Virus record (IMG/VR): IMGVR_UViG_3300027708_000016 | Origin: a virus | Taxonomy: Duplodnaviria > Caudoviricetes | DNA: 64,000 bases | Direction: 5' to 3' (one strand) | Shown: positions 38,927 through 48,732 of the stretch, one piece after another | How the letters are laid out: every line of letters begins with the position of its first letter | Numbering within the stretch: the stretch's first letter is position 1 | Position numbers and translations under genes: made by a program | Notes under the pieces: generated by a model | What the model was told of the DNA's origin: nothing | Databases searched by the model: none | The model's input: only the letters and a program-made list of their open reading frames with translations

Positions 38927-39528
38927 GCAAGACTATTAACATCTGCTAATAATGAAACATCAAGTTGATTAAATGAAAAGGTTACGGTACAATTTATTTC
39001 ACTTGGATCTTGATTGGAAAAATTTATTTCACCTAGTGTAGTTGGAAATGCATTACTGTAAGTAAAAGAAATAATTTTATTATTATATTCATCTAAAGAT
39101 ATTATTGAAAATTCAGAAGTGTATTGGTGTACAGGATTAGTTAATATTGGAAGTTGATTTGGTTGTATAGGTGTATTACGAGCAGTTGCTATATCTGATG
39201 AAGATCTTTTAGAATCATTAAATAGATTCATCCATTTCCACAATATCCAATAATTCTTATAACCATTATCAACTAAAAATTTTATACTTAATGGATTATA
39301 AGCTGGTCTAGAATTTGAAGAAATTTTATGAACCTGTCCACCAAAAGGAACACTTATATCTGGTACGGAAATTTGTGGTACAGGAGAACCGTAAATTGAA
39401 AATTGTAAAGGATCAATCTTGTAATTTTGACCCAAAACATGATCATATTGATCTTTCATTGCCTTTGGCAAATCCAAAACCATTATGAATTTATCATTAC
39501 GTGACCTATTTAAACTTGCTTGATTCAT
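38917..39528 (-). CDS. Tail completion / tube terminator (gp3-like)
   Basis: YNPLSIKFLVDNGYKNYWILWKWM, FPTTLGEINF, CTVTFSF; tube-fold. Confidence 0.65.
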   Translation of the reverse strand: MNQASLNRSRNDKFIMVLDLPKAMKDQYDHVLGQNYKIDPLQFSIYGSPVPQISVPDISVPFGGQVHKISSNSRPAYNPLSIKFLVDNGYKNYWILWKWMNLFNDSKRSSSDIATARNTPIQPNQLPILTNPVHQYTSEFSIISLDEYNNKIISFTYSNAFPTTLGEINFSNQDPSEINCTVTFSFNQLDVSLLADVNSLACQ

Positions 39529-39530
39529 TT

Positions 39531-41417
39531 TTAAAATAATATGCTTGGCATATATCCTTCTCCTTCATATTTATCTATTTTTTCAGGTCTTAATGTCTTT
39601 AAAATAGGTAAATCATTCTGTGGTGGAGGATTTATACCATCCCATTTGGTTAACCAATTGGTGAATTCGGCAACGTCATTGTCCATTAATGGGTTGTGTT
39701 GTTCATCAAACGTTCCAACCCATGCCATTGGCGTTGATGTTATAGAGCTTTTTTTGTAAATTGATACTTTACCTTCAAAAATAGGACTTTTTTTAATTAA
39801 ATCTGTATTATCGATCAATGGTTTTATCTTTAAAGGTCTCCCTTGATCATCAAATTCGGTGATATTAAAATATTTCATAGCCAAGGATGGATCTAATAAG
39901 AATAACGCCCAAACCAATGCTAAAACTCTGTCATCTAAATCTTTGTCTGTTCTTTTACTGAATGTAAAATTTGGAAGTTTAACAAAAGTTGACAATTCTA
40001 TTGCAGTATCAAGATCATTCAACCTTAATGCCTTCAAACTATTTGCCCAATATCTAAAATTTGTTATACCTTTGTAACGGGTATTAGTATGATTATGTAT
40101 ACCAAGTCTATTATCATTGTTATAATGCTTACTCATACCCTCAAATGTGTAGGTAACTATGTTTTCATAGTTGTGTGTACGAGCCAAAACGTCTAAAACT
40201 TGTTGACCATTGTTATTATTTTCAATTAATATAGGTGGTCTACCCCAATCTTCCAATACTCCCATTAATCTTGTTCCAAAATTATAAGGGTTTATTGTAT
40301 TTGACGCATAAACTGCAACTTGTTCAACACAGGTTAAATCAGAAACATCTAATATTTGAGCAACACTATTTGATCTTCCAATTCCTTCACCAACGTCAAC
40401 GCCAATTACATAAAAAGATCCTTCCTTTGGCTGGGTAAATATTTTATAGTCACCGTTATCCATAACTAAAATTGGATCTCTACAAGATGATTTTAATCTT
40501 TCTAATTCTTCGGGGTCAATTGCAGTTTTACCTTTTTCGTGGAAAACATTTCCATACTCCTGATCAAAATCTTCCTTGGAACCACCTAATAAATCAATAG
40601 CTTCTTTTTTCCAAATCTCGTCACGACCTGGCACATCCCACCAGTTAACAGTTTCCAAATGCCATCCACTTTTTGGGTCTTTACCTTGTTGAACAAGATC
40701 ATAAAATTGATTATCTACTCCATTAGGAGTACTAATAACCACAAGTTGTGATTTTTTCATCGAAGAAATAATAGGAATAGCTGATTTCCATAATTCTTTC
40801 ATCAAATCGTTAGGACAGTGAGCCATTTCATCAATAATCAGAAGATTACTTGTTGTTCCACGAGGTCCAGCACTTGATGTGGAAGAAACAGTTATCTTTG
40901 ATCCGTTTTCCAATTCAAATCCATCTTTTCTCCATGACTTAACCGAAGGTTTCATCCATATGGGAAGTTCTTCAAAAGACATTTTGATACGTGCAAAAAT
41001 TTCTTTTGCAGTATCTTCCTTGTTTGCTACGATTGTAATCCTCTTATCATCTTGGAAACACACCATCCATAGCGCATAAATGGTGATTGTGGTCGTTTTT
41101 CCACTCTGACGGCTTGAAAGTACCACATTAAATCTATTATTAACAAATGCCTTTAATAATTGTTTTTGATATTTGTATAATTTAATTTTTTCTTTACCGC
41201 TTTCGGTAATAATATAAAAATATTCTTCAGCAAAATGCAAAATTTTCTTTGCACAGGTTTTTATCTCCTCAATCATCTCAGGAGTCCACTTGATTTGTGC
41301 GTTACCTCTTAAAAGATTTTCGTTTCCCTTATAAAAATTACCATCAATTAATACGTCTTTGTTACTGAGATCAGATAATGAAGGAGTATCATCTACTATT
41401 TTAGGTTTTCTTCCCAT
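39531..41417 (-). CDS. gp17: Terminase large subunit (gp17)
   Basis: YKGNENL, LYKYQ, SSRQSGKTT, LLIIDEMAH, VISTPNG, FDQEY, IGVDVGEG, IENN, DDRVLAL. Confidence 0.95.
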   Translation of the reverse strand: MGRKPKIVDDTPSLSDLSNKDVLIDGNFYKGNENLLRGNAQIKWTPEMIEEIKTCAKKILHFAEEYFYIITESGKEKIKLYKYQKQLLKAFVNNRFNVVLSSRQSGKTTTITIYALWMVCFQDDKRITIVANKEDTAKEIFARIKMSFEELPIWMKPSVKSWRKDGFELENGSKITVSSTSSAGPRGTTSNLLIIDEMAHCPNDLMKELWKSAIPIISSMKKSQLVVISTPNGVDNQFYDLVQQGKDPKSGWHLETVNWWDVPGRDEIWKKEAIDLLGGSKEDFDQEYGNVFHEKGKTAIDPEELERLKSSCRDPILVMDNGDYKIFTQPKEGSFYVIGVDVGEGIGRSNSVAQILDVSDLTCVEQVAVYASNTINPYNFGTRLMGVLEDWGRPPILIENNNNGQQVLDVLARTHNYENIVTYTFEGMSKHYNNDNRLGIHNHTNTRYKGITNFRYWANSLKALRLNDLDTAIELSTFVKLPNFTFSKRTDKDLDDRVLALVWALFLLDPSLAMKYFNITEFDDQGRPLKIKPLIDNTDLIKKSPIFEGKVSIYKKSSITSTPMAWVGTFDEQHNPLMDNDVAEFTNWLTKWDGINPPPQNDLPILKTLRPEKIDKYEGEGYMPSILF

Positions 41418-41434
41418 TGTTAATAAATACTTAG

Positions 41435-41827
41435 GTGAAAACTAATAAATCTGAACTACCAAAGGGACAAAAACTGGTAGATTTGGGTAAAAAAGATGGT
41501 GTTTTTCAATATAATAGTAATTGGCCCATCTTTGTTTTGCATAAAACAGACCCAACTGGTATATGGACAAGATTACAAAACAAACTTAACATTTTAGAAT
41601 ACCAGAATATTTTACAAAAATTACCAGTTAATGAAGTTGAACAATATCTATATGATAACCCTGATATTGATTTTGAATTAAATATGTTTGATGAGGAATT
41701 TCCTGATTTTTACTTTTTTAAATATAAAAATCAAATATATTGTTATACAAGTGGTAAAAAAGGAAAAGACAAAAATAAAATATATGCTAGGTTTTACTTT
41801 GACTTAGAAGATATTATTAGCTGTTAA
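41435..41827 (+). CDS. Hypothetical protein
   Basis: 130 aa ORF with GTG start, divergent from terminase; TAAATA 5 nt upstream. Confidence 0.5.
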   Translation: MKTNKSELPKGQKLVDLGKKDGVFQYNSNWPIFVLHKTDPTGIWTRLQNKLNILEYQNILQKLPVNEVEQYLYDNPDIDFELNMFDEEFPDFYFFKYKNQIYCYTSGKKGKDKNKIYARFYFDLEDIISC

Positions 41828-42176
41828 GTTGCAAATTAAGCTGTTGCATTACGGGCCAAACGTATTGAGATTTTAGTAATTTTAATGTCGTTCCAACTTC
41901 GGGTAAAGTTGTTGCATCTTTTATTTGGTTATATTCACAAACTAACCACCATAAATCCATAGTATTATAATAATTATATGATATTAAATACCAAGTATCA
42001 TTTCCTTTTGTAACATATGTATCTTCAACTGATGTATTTTTTGCGGGGAACACATTTATATTTGCTAATAAGTTATAAAAATAAGATCCATCGTTATTCT
42101 GATAGACATTAAAAAAGTTTTCATATCTATAAAGGGATGGTAGATTTGGTAAAGCTGGTAAATTATCTTGTTTCAT
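41817..42176 (-). CDS. Baseplate wedge gp53 / LysM-like protein
   Basis: DTWYLISYNYYNTMDLWWLVCEYNQI..P..G..LK pattern. Confidence 0.72.
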   Translation of the reverse strand: MKQDNLPALPNLPSLYRYENFFNVYQNNDGSYFYNLLANINVFPAKNTSVEDTYVTKGNDTWYLISYNYYNTMDLWWLVCEYNQIKDATTLPEVGTTLKLLKSQYVWPVMQQLNLQLNS

Positions 42177-43296
42177 TTGCTATTGGAGTTTGTTTTGTAT
42201 AATCAACTGGTGTTGATCCTGTTGGCGTTTTGTTTGCAAATTCAACATTGTCTTTAACATATGTAATACCTGCATTTAATTTATTTTTTGTATATTCACC
42301 AGCAGCAGCAGCAGGGGTTGCCACCTGTTCTTGAAATTGATTTGTAATTTTATTAATATCATTCAATCCAGATATAACAACTTTTTGTCCACCCATAGTT
42401 CCTGCAAATATATTTGAACTTTGGGATATTAGTTCCTTAAATGTTATAGTTACTTTATATGCTTCTGGAACTAAAATATTATTTCCGTTTGTTATTTCTA
42501 AATAAGATGAAATATCTCTTGTAGTTCCTATACTATCTATTTTAAAATTGGATACATATGCTAAGGGCCAATACAAACCTCCTAAATTTTTACTATCTAA
42601 AGTATATAACTTAGGTGGAATAAAAGTCATAAAGGATGTTCTGGTTTTTAAATTTTGAAAAGTAAACATAGATACAAACGCATAATTGTTAAATGCATCT
42701 ATAATTGTTGTCGTGTTATATAAAGGAAAAGATATTGTTATTTCCTGTAATTCTGTTTTTTTAAATTCGTTAATTTCTTCAAACCCAATTCCTGGCGATA
42801 TTGCACCAAACCCAGCAGCTGCACCTGCACCAAGTATAGAACCAATTGTAGCTTTTTCGGAAACTTTTTTCAAAAGTCCTGGCAATCCTTCCACCGTACC
42901 CCAACTATTATTAATACTTCTAATATTTTCCCCATCTTTTAATAACCAAGGAAAACTATAATTAAATCCAGTTGGTTGTGATGCATACAATTGCAAATAT
43001 GCATCAATTTGACTATGAGTAAAAATATTTTCAACTAATGTTAATGCTTTTGCAAAATTCTGTGTCCACATTCCATACTGAAGTTCTAACTCTCTGGCAA
43101 AAATTCTTGGAACTTCGGCTGCATTACCAGAATTTTTCCATTTAAATTTATTAACAATATCAATTAATCCACCTGCGGTTTTTGGTGTTAATTTCGGAAC
43201 TGCATTAAACAAATTACCGAGACCATATACTTGTTTTTTTGTAGTTGTTACATCATAAAGTAATGTTGGCAACAGTGGTATGTTATTTGTATCCAT
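42163..43296 (-). CDS. Putative baseplate/tail-tube initiator (gp48-like)
   Basis: ITISFPLYNT, FIPPKLYTL, AYVSNFKI, PEAYKVTITFKEL; between tape measure and LysM gene. Confidence 0.5.
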   Translation of the reverse strand: MDTNNIPLLPTLLYDVTTTKKQVYGLGNLFNAVPKLTPKTAGGLIDIVNKFKWKNSGNAAEVPRIFARELELQYGMWTQNFAKALTLVENIFTHSQIDAYLQLYASQPTGFNYSFPWLLKDGENIRSINNSWGTVEGLPGLLKKVSEKATIGSILGAGAAAGFGAISPGIGFEEINEFKKTELQEITISFPLYNTTTIIDAFNNYAFVSMFTFQNLKTRTSFMTFIPPKLYTLDSKNLGGLYWPLAYVSNFKIDSIGTTRDISSYLEITNGNNILVPEAYKVTITFKELISQSSNIFAGTMGGQKVVISGLNDINKITNQFQEQVATPAAAAGEYTKNKLNAGITYVKDNVEFANKTPTGSTPVDYTKQTPIANETR

Positions 43297-43309
43297 AGGT
43301 AATTAATAT

Positions 43310-45526
43310 TTAATGTCTCAAGCCAGGGTTTATACCCCAATACTCTTGTCTAAAATCAAAGTTTCTGTCTCTTGATGATCCCTCACCTCCACCACCTCCA
43401 GCAGATACATTAACCGATGAAAAATTATTTGAACTATTATTAGACATTGCTGCAATTTGTTCGGAAAAAGATTTAAATATAACTTTCATGTTTTTATTAA
43501 GATCAGAAATACCATCAACCTTTAACATATTATCATCTGGTAATAGGGTTAATGGTTCATTTGGTTCGGGAGTATATTGATTTCCATCTGATCCCTGCAT
43601 ATTAAATATTTCACCTATTGGCATACTATCGACTGTATCAATTTTTGTATTTAAAGATTCTATTTCTTGATTTCTTGTATCTTTATTTCTTAGATAATCG
43701 TCCACTATTTGATTATTTTTATCATAAGTTGATTTCCATGCTTCATCTAATACATCTTGTCTTCTTTGATTTTCAACACTTGGATTTTTACTAAGTTGAT
43801 CTCGTAATCGAGAATTGCGTCTCATTATTAATCCATTTTTATCATACTCATCATTTTCAAATCCATATCTTGATTTTTTATATTCTTTTTGACGATCAAA
43901 TAAAGCAGTTAATTGGTTGTTTAAATTATCAAGTTTATCTTGTGCATCAATTTGTTCTTGAGTGCCAAATTTCATTTTACTAGTCAATACTTCCTTATTA
44001 TCTTCTTGGAATTTATCACGTATTAATTTTAATGTTTTTAATTGTTCGTCGTTTTCGGCAATATCAGCAGGTGAAATAGAACCTCTGGCTACGGGTTTAC
44101 TAAAAGCAGCAATATTTTTATTAAATTGATCATTTTTTTTATCATTTTCGTCTGGTATAAAAACATCTTCACCGTTATAATCCATACCCATTATGTTAGC
44201 AAACATTTTTCTCATACCAAACCAATCAGGTATCCACTTTAAAACAGTTTTACCTATTTCTTTTCTTAGATTTTTAGCAAAATCACCAAAATTAATACTA
44301 TTAAATTTTCCTTCTTGGTCTGTGGTTGTAGAATCCAATAATGCTTTAAGCACTGATGGAAAATATCCTAACATAGGAAAACTTTCAAGCTCGTCTAACC
44401 CTTGCATGAATTGACTAGTATTTCCACTTGCTAAACCTTCAAAGAAATTTTTAAAACCAGAACCAATCGTAATCAATGTTCCTATAATTGGTACATCTTT
44501 AAATTTTTGTACAAATTTTTCTTGCCAACCTGAAAGTATATTTAATTTTTTAGCACTTGCTTCAGCAGAAGACCCACCAGCTTTCTCATCCAAAATTGCA
44601 TTCAATACATCAACACCACTTGCAAGAACAAATCCCAAGCCTGGCACCACTTCATCCAAGAGATTAACTAATCCCGATACAACTTCTAAAATTCCCCCTA
44701 CTACATCACCGTTATTAAATCTTTCAATAGCAAAACCAAATGCAAATATTGTTCCAATACCAAGTGGTATTCTTTTTAATGCCACCTTACTAAGATCTTT
44801 AAAAATTAATTTTGCAATATTCTTAATACCAAAACGCAAACCGTTTTTACCGATTATTTCTAAGATGCCCTTGGCAGGTCCATTCACGGAAAATGCTGCA
44901 ATGGTTCCAGCTACACCAGCTAATAACAAAGCAAGAGGTCCCATCAGTTCGGAAACTAAAGCACCTATTTCACCAAACATTCCTTCCTTCTTCGCACCCG
45001 TAACCTTTAAATCAACTTTTCTAAATTTTTCAAAATTTTGACCTAAAAAAGTTTTTGTGTCTTCCCCAATATCAAAAGTTTGTTTTTTAACACCAAATCC
45101 TTTTTGTTCACCATCATCCATTAATTTTTTTGATGGTTGTTGCACCATATCACCAGTTTTACTTGATGATAAAATATTTAAAAATCCTTTTTGATCTTTT
45201 GTAAAATCCGTATCCAATAACTTTGCCATTTTTTCTTTATAGGCATTTATTTTTTCTTTATATTCTTCGGAAATATCACCTATTCCAAATGGATCAACTA
45301 TTTTTTTTGTATTAACATTATCTATGTCACGATTTAATTTAACATAAAGAGATTTTAGTTTGTTTGCTACGGGTGTGAAGAACCCATCTTTAAATGTTGA
45401 ACGAAACTCATCAACATAACTTGAATTGCCTTCAAACAACAGTCTATCCAAGAATTCTTTAGCAGGAACTTCTCCTGTAAAGTCATACTTTGATAAAATC
45501 TGGTTTAATGCATCTAAATCTGCCAT
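43310..45526 (-). CDS. Tape-measure-like / gp29-like protein
   Basis: 738 aa, Gly/Ala-rich amphipathic segments (GDVVGGILEVVSGLVNLL), coiled coil; follows gp26-like genes. Confidence 0.6.
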   Translation of the reverse strand: MADLDALNQILSKYDFTGEVPAKEFLDRLLFEGNSSYVDEFRSTFKDGFFTPVANKLKSLYVKLNRDIDNVNTKKIVDPFGIGDISEEYKEKINAYKEKMAKLLDTDFTKDQKGFLNILSSSKTGDMVQQPSKKLMDDGEQKGFGVKKQTFDIGEDTKTFLGQNFEKFRKVDLKVTGAKKEGMFGEIGALVSELMGPLALLLAGVAGTIAAFSVNGPAKGILEIIGKNGLRFGIKNIAKLIFKDLSKVALKRIPLGIGTIFAFGFAIERFNNGDVVGGILEVVSGLVNLLDEVVPGLGFVLASGVDVLNAILDEKAGGSSAEASAKKLNILSGWQEKFVQKFKDVPIIGTLITIGSGFKNFFEGLASGNTSQFMQGLDELESFPMLGYFPSVLKALLDSTTTDQEGKFNSINFGDFAKNLRKEIGKTVLKWIPDWFGMRKMFANIMGMDYNGEDVFIPDENDKKNDQFNKNIAAFSKPVARGSISPADIAENDEQLKTLKLIRDKFQEDNKEVLTSKMKFGTQEQIDAQDKLDNLNNQLTALFDRQKEYKKSRYGFENDEYDKNGLIMRRNSRLRDQLSKNPSVENQRRQDVLDEAWKSTYDKNNQIVDDYLRNKDTRNQEIESLNTKIDTVDSMPIGEIFNMQGSDGNQYTPEPNEPLTLLPDDNMLKVDGISDLNKNMKVIFKSFSEQIAAMSNNSSNNFSSVNVSAGGGGGEGSSRDRNFDFRQEYWGINPGLRH

Positions 45527-45532
45527 ATATAA

Positions 45533-45540
45533 TATTTATA
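45533..45540 (-). promoter_or_regulatory. T4 late promoter consensus TATAAATA
   Basis: Minus strand TATAAATA-ttatat-ATG(45526). Confidence 0.65.
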
Positions 45541-45560
45541 TGGCGCATATGATTTATGTC

Positions 45561-46403
45561 TTAACTTAAAAATAATAAACTATCAACTGATATTACCTTT
45601 GTTTTGTCTCCAACACTAACAGTTAAGAAAGAATCTATCTCTTTTTTCCAATTTGACACCTTATCTAGTATCTTTTGGATCAAAGTCGATGGTAATTTTT
45701 CCACAATTTTGATTTTTTGATCAAGAGTCATGGTTTTAAAATTAAATTTGCTATCATTGATGAGCATATAGTTGATATATTTGGAAGTTTCACCTATAAA
45801 TGCATCAGAAATAATACCCTGAACGTCTTTTGTTGACTTCACATCATCAATATTCTTATATTTTTTATAAAATTGCTCTTCGTAATCAACTTCATCCTTC
45901 ACGGAAGGCAAACTTACGTTACATATTATGGTTACAACTTCATTTTTGATTACTAAATCATCAGAATCAGGCAAATTATAGTTTCTAAAATTAGAAATTA
46001 AAGGTTCTAATTTAACTTTTTCGGTGATTTCATCCGTGAATTTTACACTAATTTCTTCTGAAATTTGTGATCTGAGTGTAATTCCAATGAAATATTTGTC
46101 AACAATTGTAAAATTATCTACTATAGACTTGTCTTCGTTTAAAAGGTTTTCTTTCAATATATTATAAAAAGATTTAATAAATTCGGAATTATAAACCGAA
46201 TTATCCATTGCTGCACTTAATAAACTCTTTTGTTGCTTGGCATCTATCTCTTTAAAGGTTAGTGTTTTCTTCAATGATGGAATCCATGCATCGATTTTAA
46301 AAGATTCAGATACACTGTTAAGTGCCGCAATAGCATCGTTAAAATTTAAAATTGGAGTTTCTTCTGACATATGATTATTTAGGTGGAGAATCTCCAAATT
46401 CAA
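45561..46403 (-). CDS. Baseplate hub assembly protein (gp26-like)
   Basis: IPSLKKTLTFKEIDAKQQK, TIVDKYFIGITLRSQI, KIVEKLPS; gp26-like pattern. Confidence 0.6.
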   Translation of the reverse strand: MNLEILHLNNHMSEETPILNFNDAIAALNSVSESFKIDAWIPSLKKTLTFKEIDAKQQKSLLSAAMDNSVYNSEFIKSFYNILKENLLNEDKSIVDNFTIVDKYFIGITLRSQISEEISVKFTDEITEKVKLEPLISNFRNYNLPDSDDLVIKNEVVTIICNVSLPSVKDEVDYEEQFYKKYKNIDDVKSTKDVQGIISDAFIGETSKYINYMLINDSKFNFKTMTLDQKIKIVEKLPSTLIQKILDKVSNWKKEIDSFLTVSVGDKTKVISVDSLLFLS

Positions 46404-47355
46404 GTGCTAAATCTTGAACTGCCCTACTGCTATTACTGTTAATTTTATTAAAATCATAGTTGTCTTGTTTGTTTTCCATTTTTTTAGCTTCCTGAACTAA
46501 CGTAGAATAGATTTTTCTTTCGGATGGAGATATACTCAAGACATATTCTGGCGTTATACCCGATCTTGCTAAATAAGAAATCTCTTGATATATTGCTCTT
46601 ACATCATTTGAATAAAATAATCTTATATAATCTATAAAATTTAAATTAAAAAAGTTAAACGTATAGTTTTTAAAAGTAGAAATTCCAAATAAATCATATG
46701 TCAGAACGTATTTTACACAATCTAAAACTCTGTCTTTTATCTTTTTTATCATCGATATGGATAATTCGTCCATTAAATCTATTTTTTGTTTTAAATTAAA
46801 ATCATTAAAAGAAATTTTTTTATTATTTATTTTTATATATTCTATAAATTCATGATAAGTTTCGTTGAAAATTTGATATTGGTTTTTTTCTAGTGTTAGT
46901 AAGTCTTGAAAAAGCTTTACAGACTCCACCGTGGGCCATCCTAATTTGACTTCTACATTGTTTTCTAACAAAATACTATCAACTAGAGCTTCAGTTGTGC
47001 AACTGTATAGATTTTTCAAAAATACATTTAAATCTATTGTAGTTTTAGTTGATTTAAATTCTTTGTTTTTTGACTCGGTTGTTAAAGTAATAATATTACC
47101 GATGCTTACAATTCTTAATTTTGTAAGAAACAACATATAATCAACAATATTGATTTTATCAAAATCATTTTTATTTTCTAAAATGTTTTTAACAGTGGTT
47201 AATACAAAATTATTAAAGGGAAAATAATTATCCTTTGAGTTATTAAATGATAAATTAGCCTTTGCTAATGCCATTTGTTCATTAGTATTAATTTCCCGAA
47301 ATGCTACAACCTTTTTAGAAAAAGGTAATTCAATATTATAATTGTAATATTCCAC
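46375..47355 (-). CDS. Baseplate hub assembly protein (gp26/gp51-like)
   Basis: IELPFSKKVVAFREI, DYMLFLTKLRIVSIG; C-terminal G.TPEY....SP.ER..Y segment typical of gp51-like chaperones. Confidence 0.6.
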   Translation of the reverse strand: MEYYNYNIELPFSKKVVAFREINTNEQMALAKANLSFNNSKDNYFPFNNFVLTTVKNILENKNDFDKINIVDYMLFLTKLRIVSIGNIITLTTESKNKEFKSTKTTIDLNVFLKNLYSCTTEALVDSILLENNVEVKLGWPTVESVKLFQDLLTLEKNQYQIFNETYHEFIEYIKINNKKISFNDFNLKQKIDLMDELSISMIKKIKDRVLDCVKYVLTYDLFGISTFKNYTFNFFNLNFIDYIRLFYSNDVRAIYQEISYLARSGITPEYVLSISPSERKIYSTLVQEAKKMENKQDNYDFNKINSNSSRAVQDLALEFGDSPPK

Positions 47356-47369
47356 TTGTGTTACTTATT

Positions 47370-48146
47370 CTACTGTAACCCAATATAAAGACTTGTACCA
47401 GCATCTTGCACAGCATAACTATCGTAAACAAATTCAACATTACTAGTTCTTAACCCTTCTTCCATGTAGGAATACTCCTCACCTGGCATGTTAACTGGAG
47501 CAACATTATAAAATCTATAAATTTTTCTAATCCCCATCGGTGCAGCAATATTTGAATAACTATTAGAGGGTGCTGCTGCATAAAAATCATTCATTCTTCC
47601 TGTTTTTGCCAACATTACAACATCTACAAAGTTTGATTTTACATAAAGAGGTGAGTTTGTTGGTCTAGCAACTAATCCGTTATAACCAACTGAAATAATC
47701 CAAGGTCTTAAAACTAAATCTAAAAAAGATGCATTAGTTTCAAGCATGGTTACACCCAATTTTTTATAATTTTCTCTATTTGAAGCAGTTGCAGGAGCTT
47801 GAAACCCACCATAATCTAACCCCTTATTACCAGCATCTATGGTTTCACCTGGCAAGCTCACCTGTCTTGCAAATGCACAACCCATTATATTATTTCCAGC
47901 ATATTGTAAGCTACCATCCAACAAATATTGAGTAACATTACTATTTAAATTCCACTGGTCGATAGTTTCTCTGTCTCTTAATATTCCCTGTAAATTACCC
48001 ATTAAGGAATTTACGGAAGTAAAATCAAAATATATCAACCACTGACTAGCAAGAGCTAGACCAGTGGGCCATTTACCCAGTAAATTTAGGTAATAAGAAT
48101 ACGCACTAATACCCCCAAAGGGAGGAAGCATGAAATTATTTGGCAT
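47370..48146 (-). CDS. Tail-tube-like protein (gp54-like)
   Basis: FARQVSLPG, LGVTMLET, FYNVAPVNM, VEFVYD; downstream of gp19. Confidence 0.6.
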   Translation of the reverse strand: MPNNFMLPPFGGISAYSYYLNLLGKWPTGLALASQWLIYFDFTSVNSLMGNLQGILRDRETIDQWNLNSNVTQYLLDGSLQYAGNNIMGCAFARQVSLPGETIDAGNKGLDYGGFQAPATASNRENYKKLGVTMLETNASFLDLVLRPWIISVGYNGLVARPTNSPLYVKSNFVDVVMLAKTGRMNDFYAAAPSNSYSNIAAPMGIRKIYRFYNVAPVNMPGEEYSYMEEGLRTSNVEFVYDSYAVQDAGTSLYIGLQ

Positions 48147-48174
48147 AATAATATTTATGCCTTAGTTCTTATTA

Positions 48175-48714
48175 TTAAGAATTTCTCCAATACTGGTATG
48201 CAATAGTTGCCTGTTGTGTGAGAACATCTCCAGCAGCTGTGATATCCAATGAGAGTTCACCAATTTGCTGTAACCATGCACCATATAATGTATATGTCTC
48301 AAGAGGATTACCTTGCTTATCGATTAAAACTAAAACAACTTGGTTTGATGCAGCAGTTGATGGAATATTATATGCACCAGTACTTGTTGAATCATCAAAA
48401 ATTGATCTTTGCCATGCTTCAAGTTTCTGACGAATTGAAATATTTTGTGGTAAACGGAATGTTACTTGCCATCCCGCACTGTTTGGATAATTCACCGTGC
48501 CTGGCACGTTAAATCTTAATCCCATGAAAGGCACTTCAACGTTCTGAATTGCCTTTGCTGGTAATGTTGTTGTTGTCACATAAAGCAACTCGTTAGTATC
48601 AAAGGTTGTTCCACCTAGTGCTACTACTCTGAATAAATTCGTTCTTGCGAAGTCATTTACTTGGGCTGTGTTATAGAAGTTTTCGATTCCGTATTGGTCT
48701 AGTATTCCACTCAT
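48175..48714 (-). CDS. gp19: Tail tube protein (gp19)
   Basis: DFARTNLFRV, TTLPA, EVPFMG..F.VPG, WQVTF, YGAW...IGEL, F..T.AYQYW-like end; follows the sheath gene. Confidence 0.88.
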   Translation of the reverse strand: MSGILDQYGIENFYNTAQVNDFARTNLFRVVALGGTTFDTNELLYVTTTTLPAKAIQNVEVPFMGLRFNVPGTVNYPNSAGWQVTFRLPQNISIRQKLEAWQRSIFDDSTSTGAYNIPSTAASNQVVLVLIDKQGNPLETYTLYGAWLQQIGELSLDITAAGDVLTQQATIAYQYWRNS

Positions 48715-48732
48715 ATATTAATATTTATCCTT

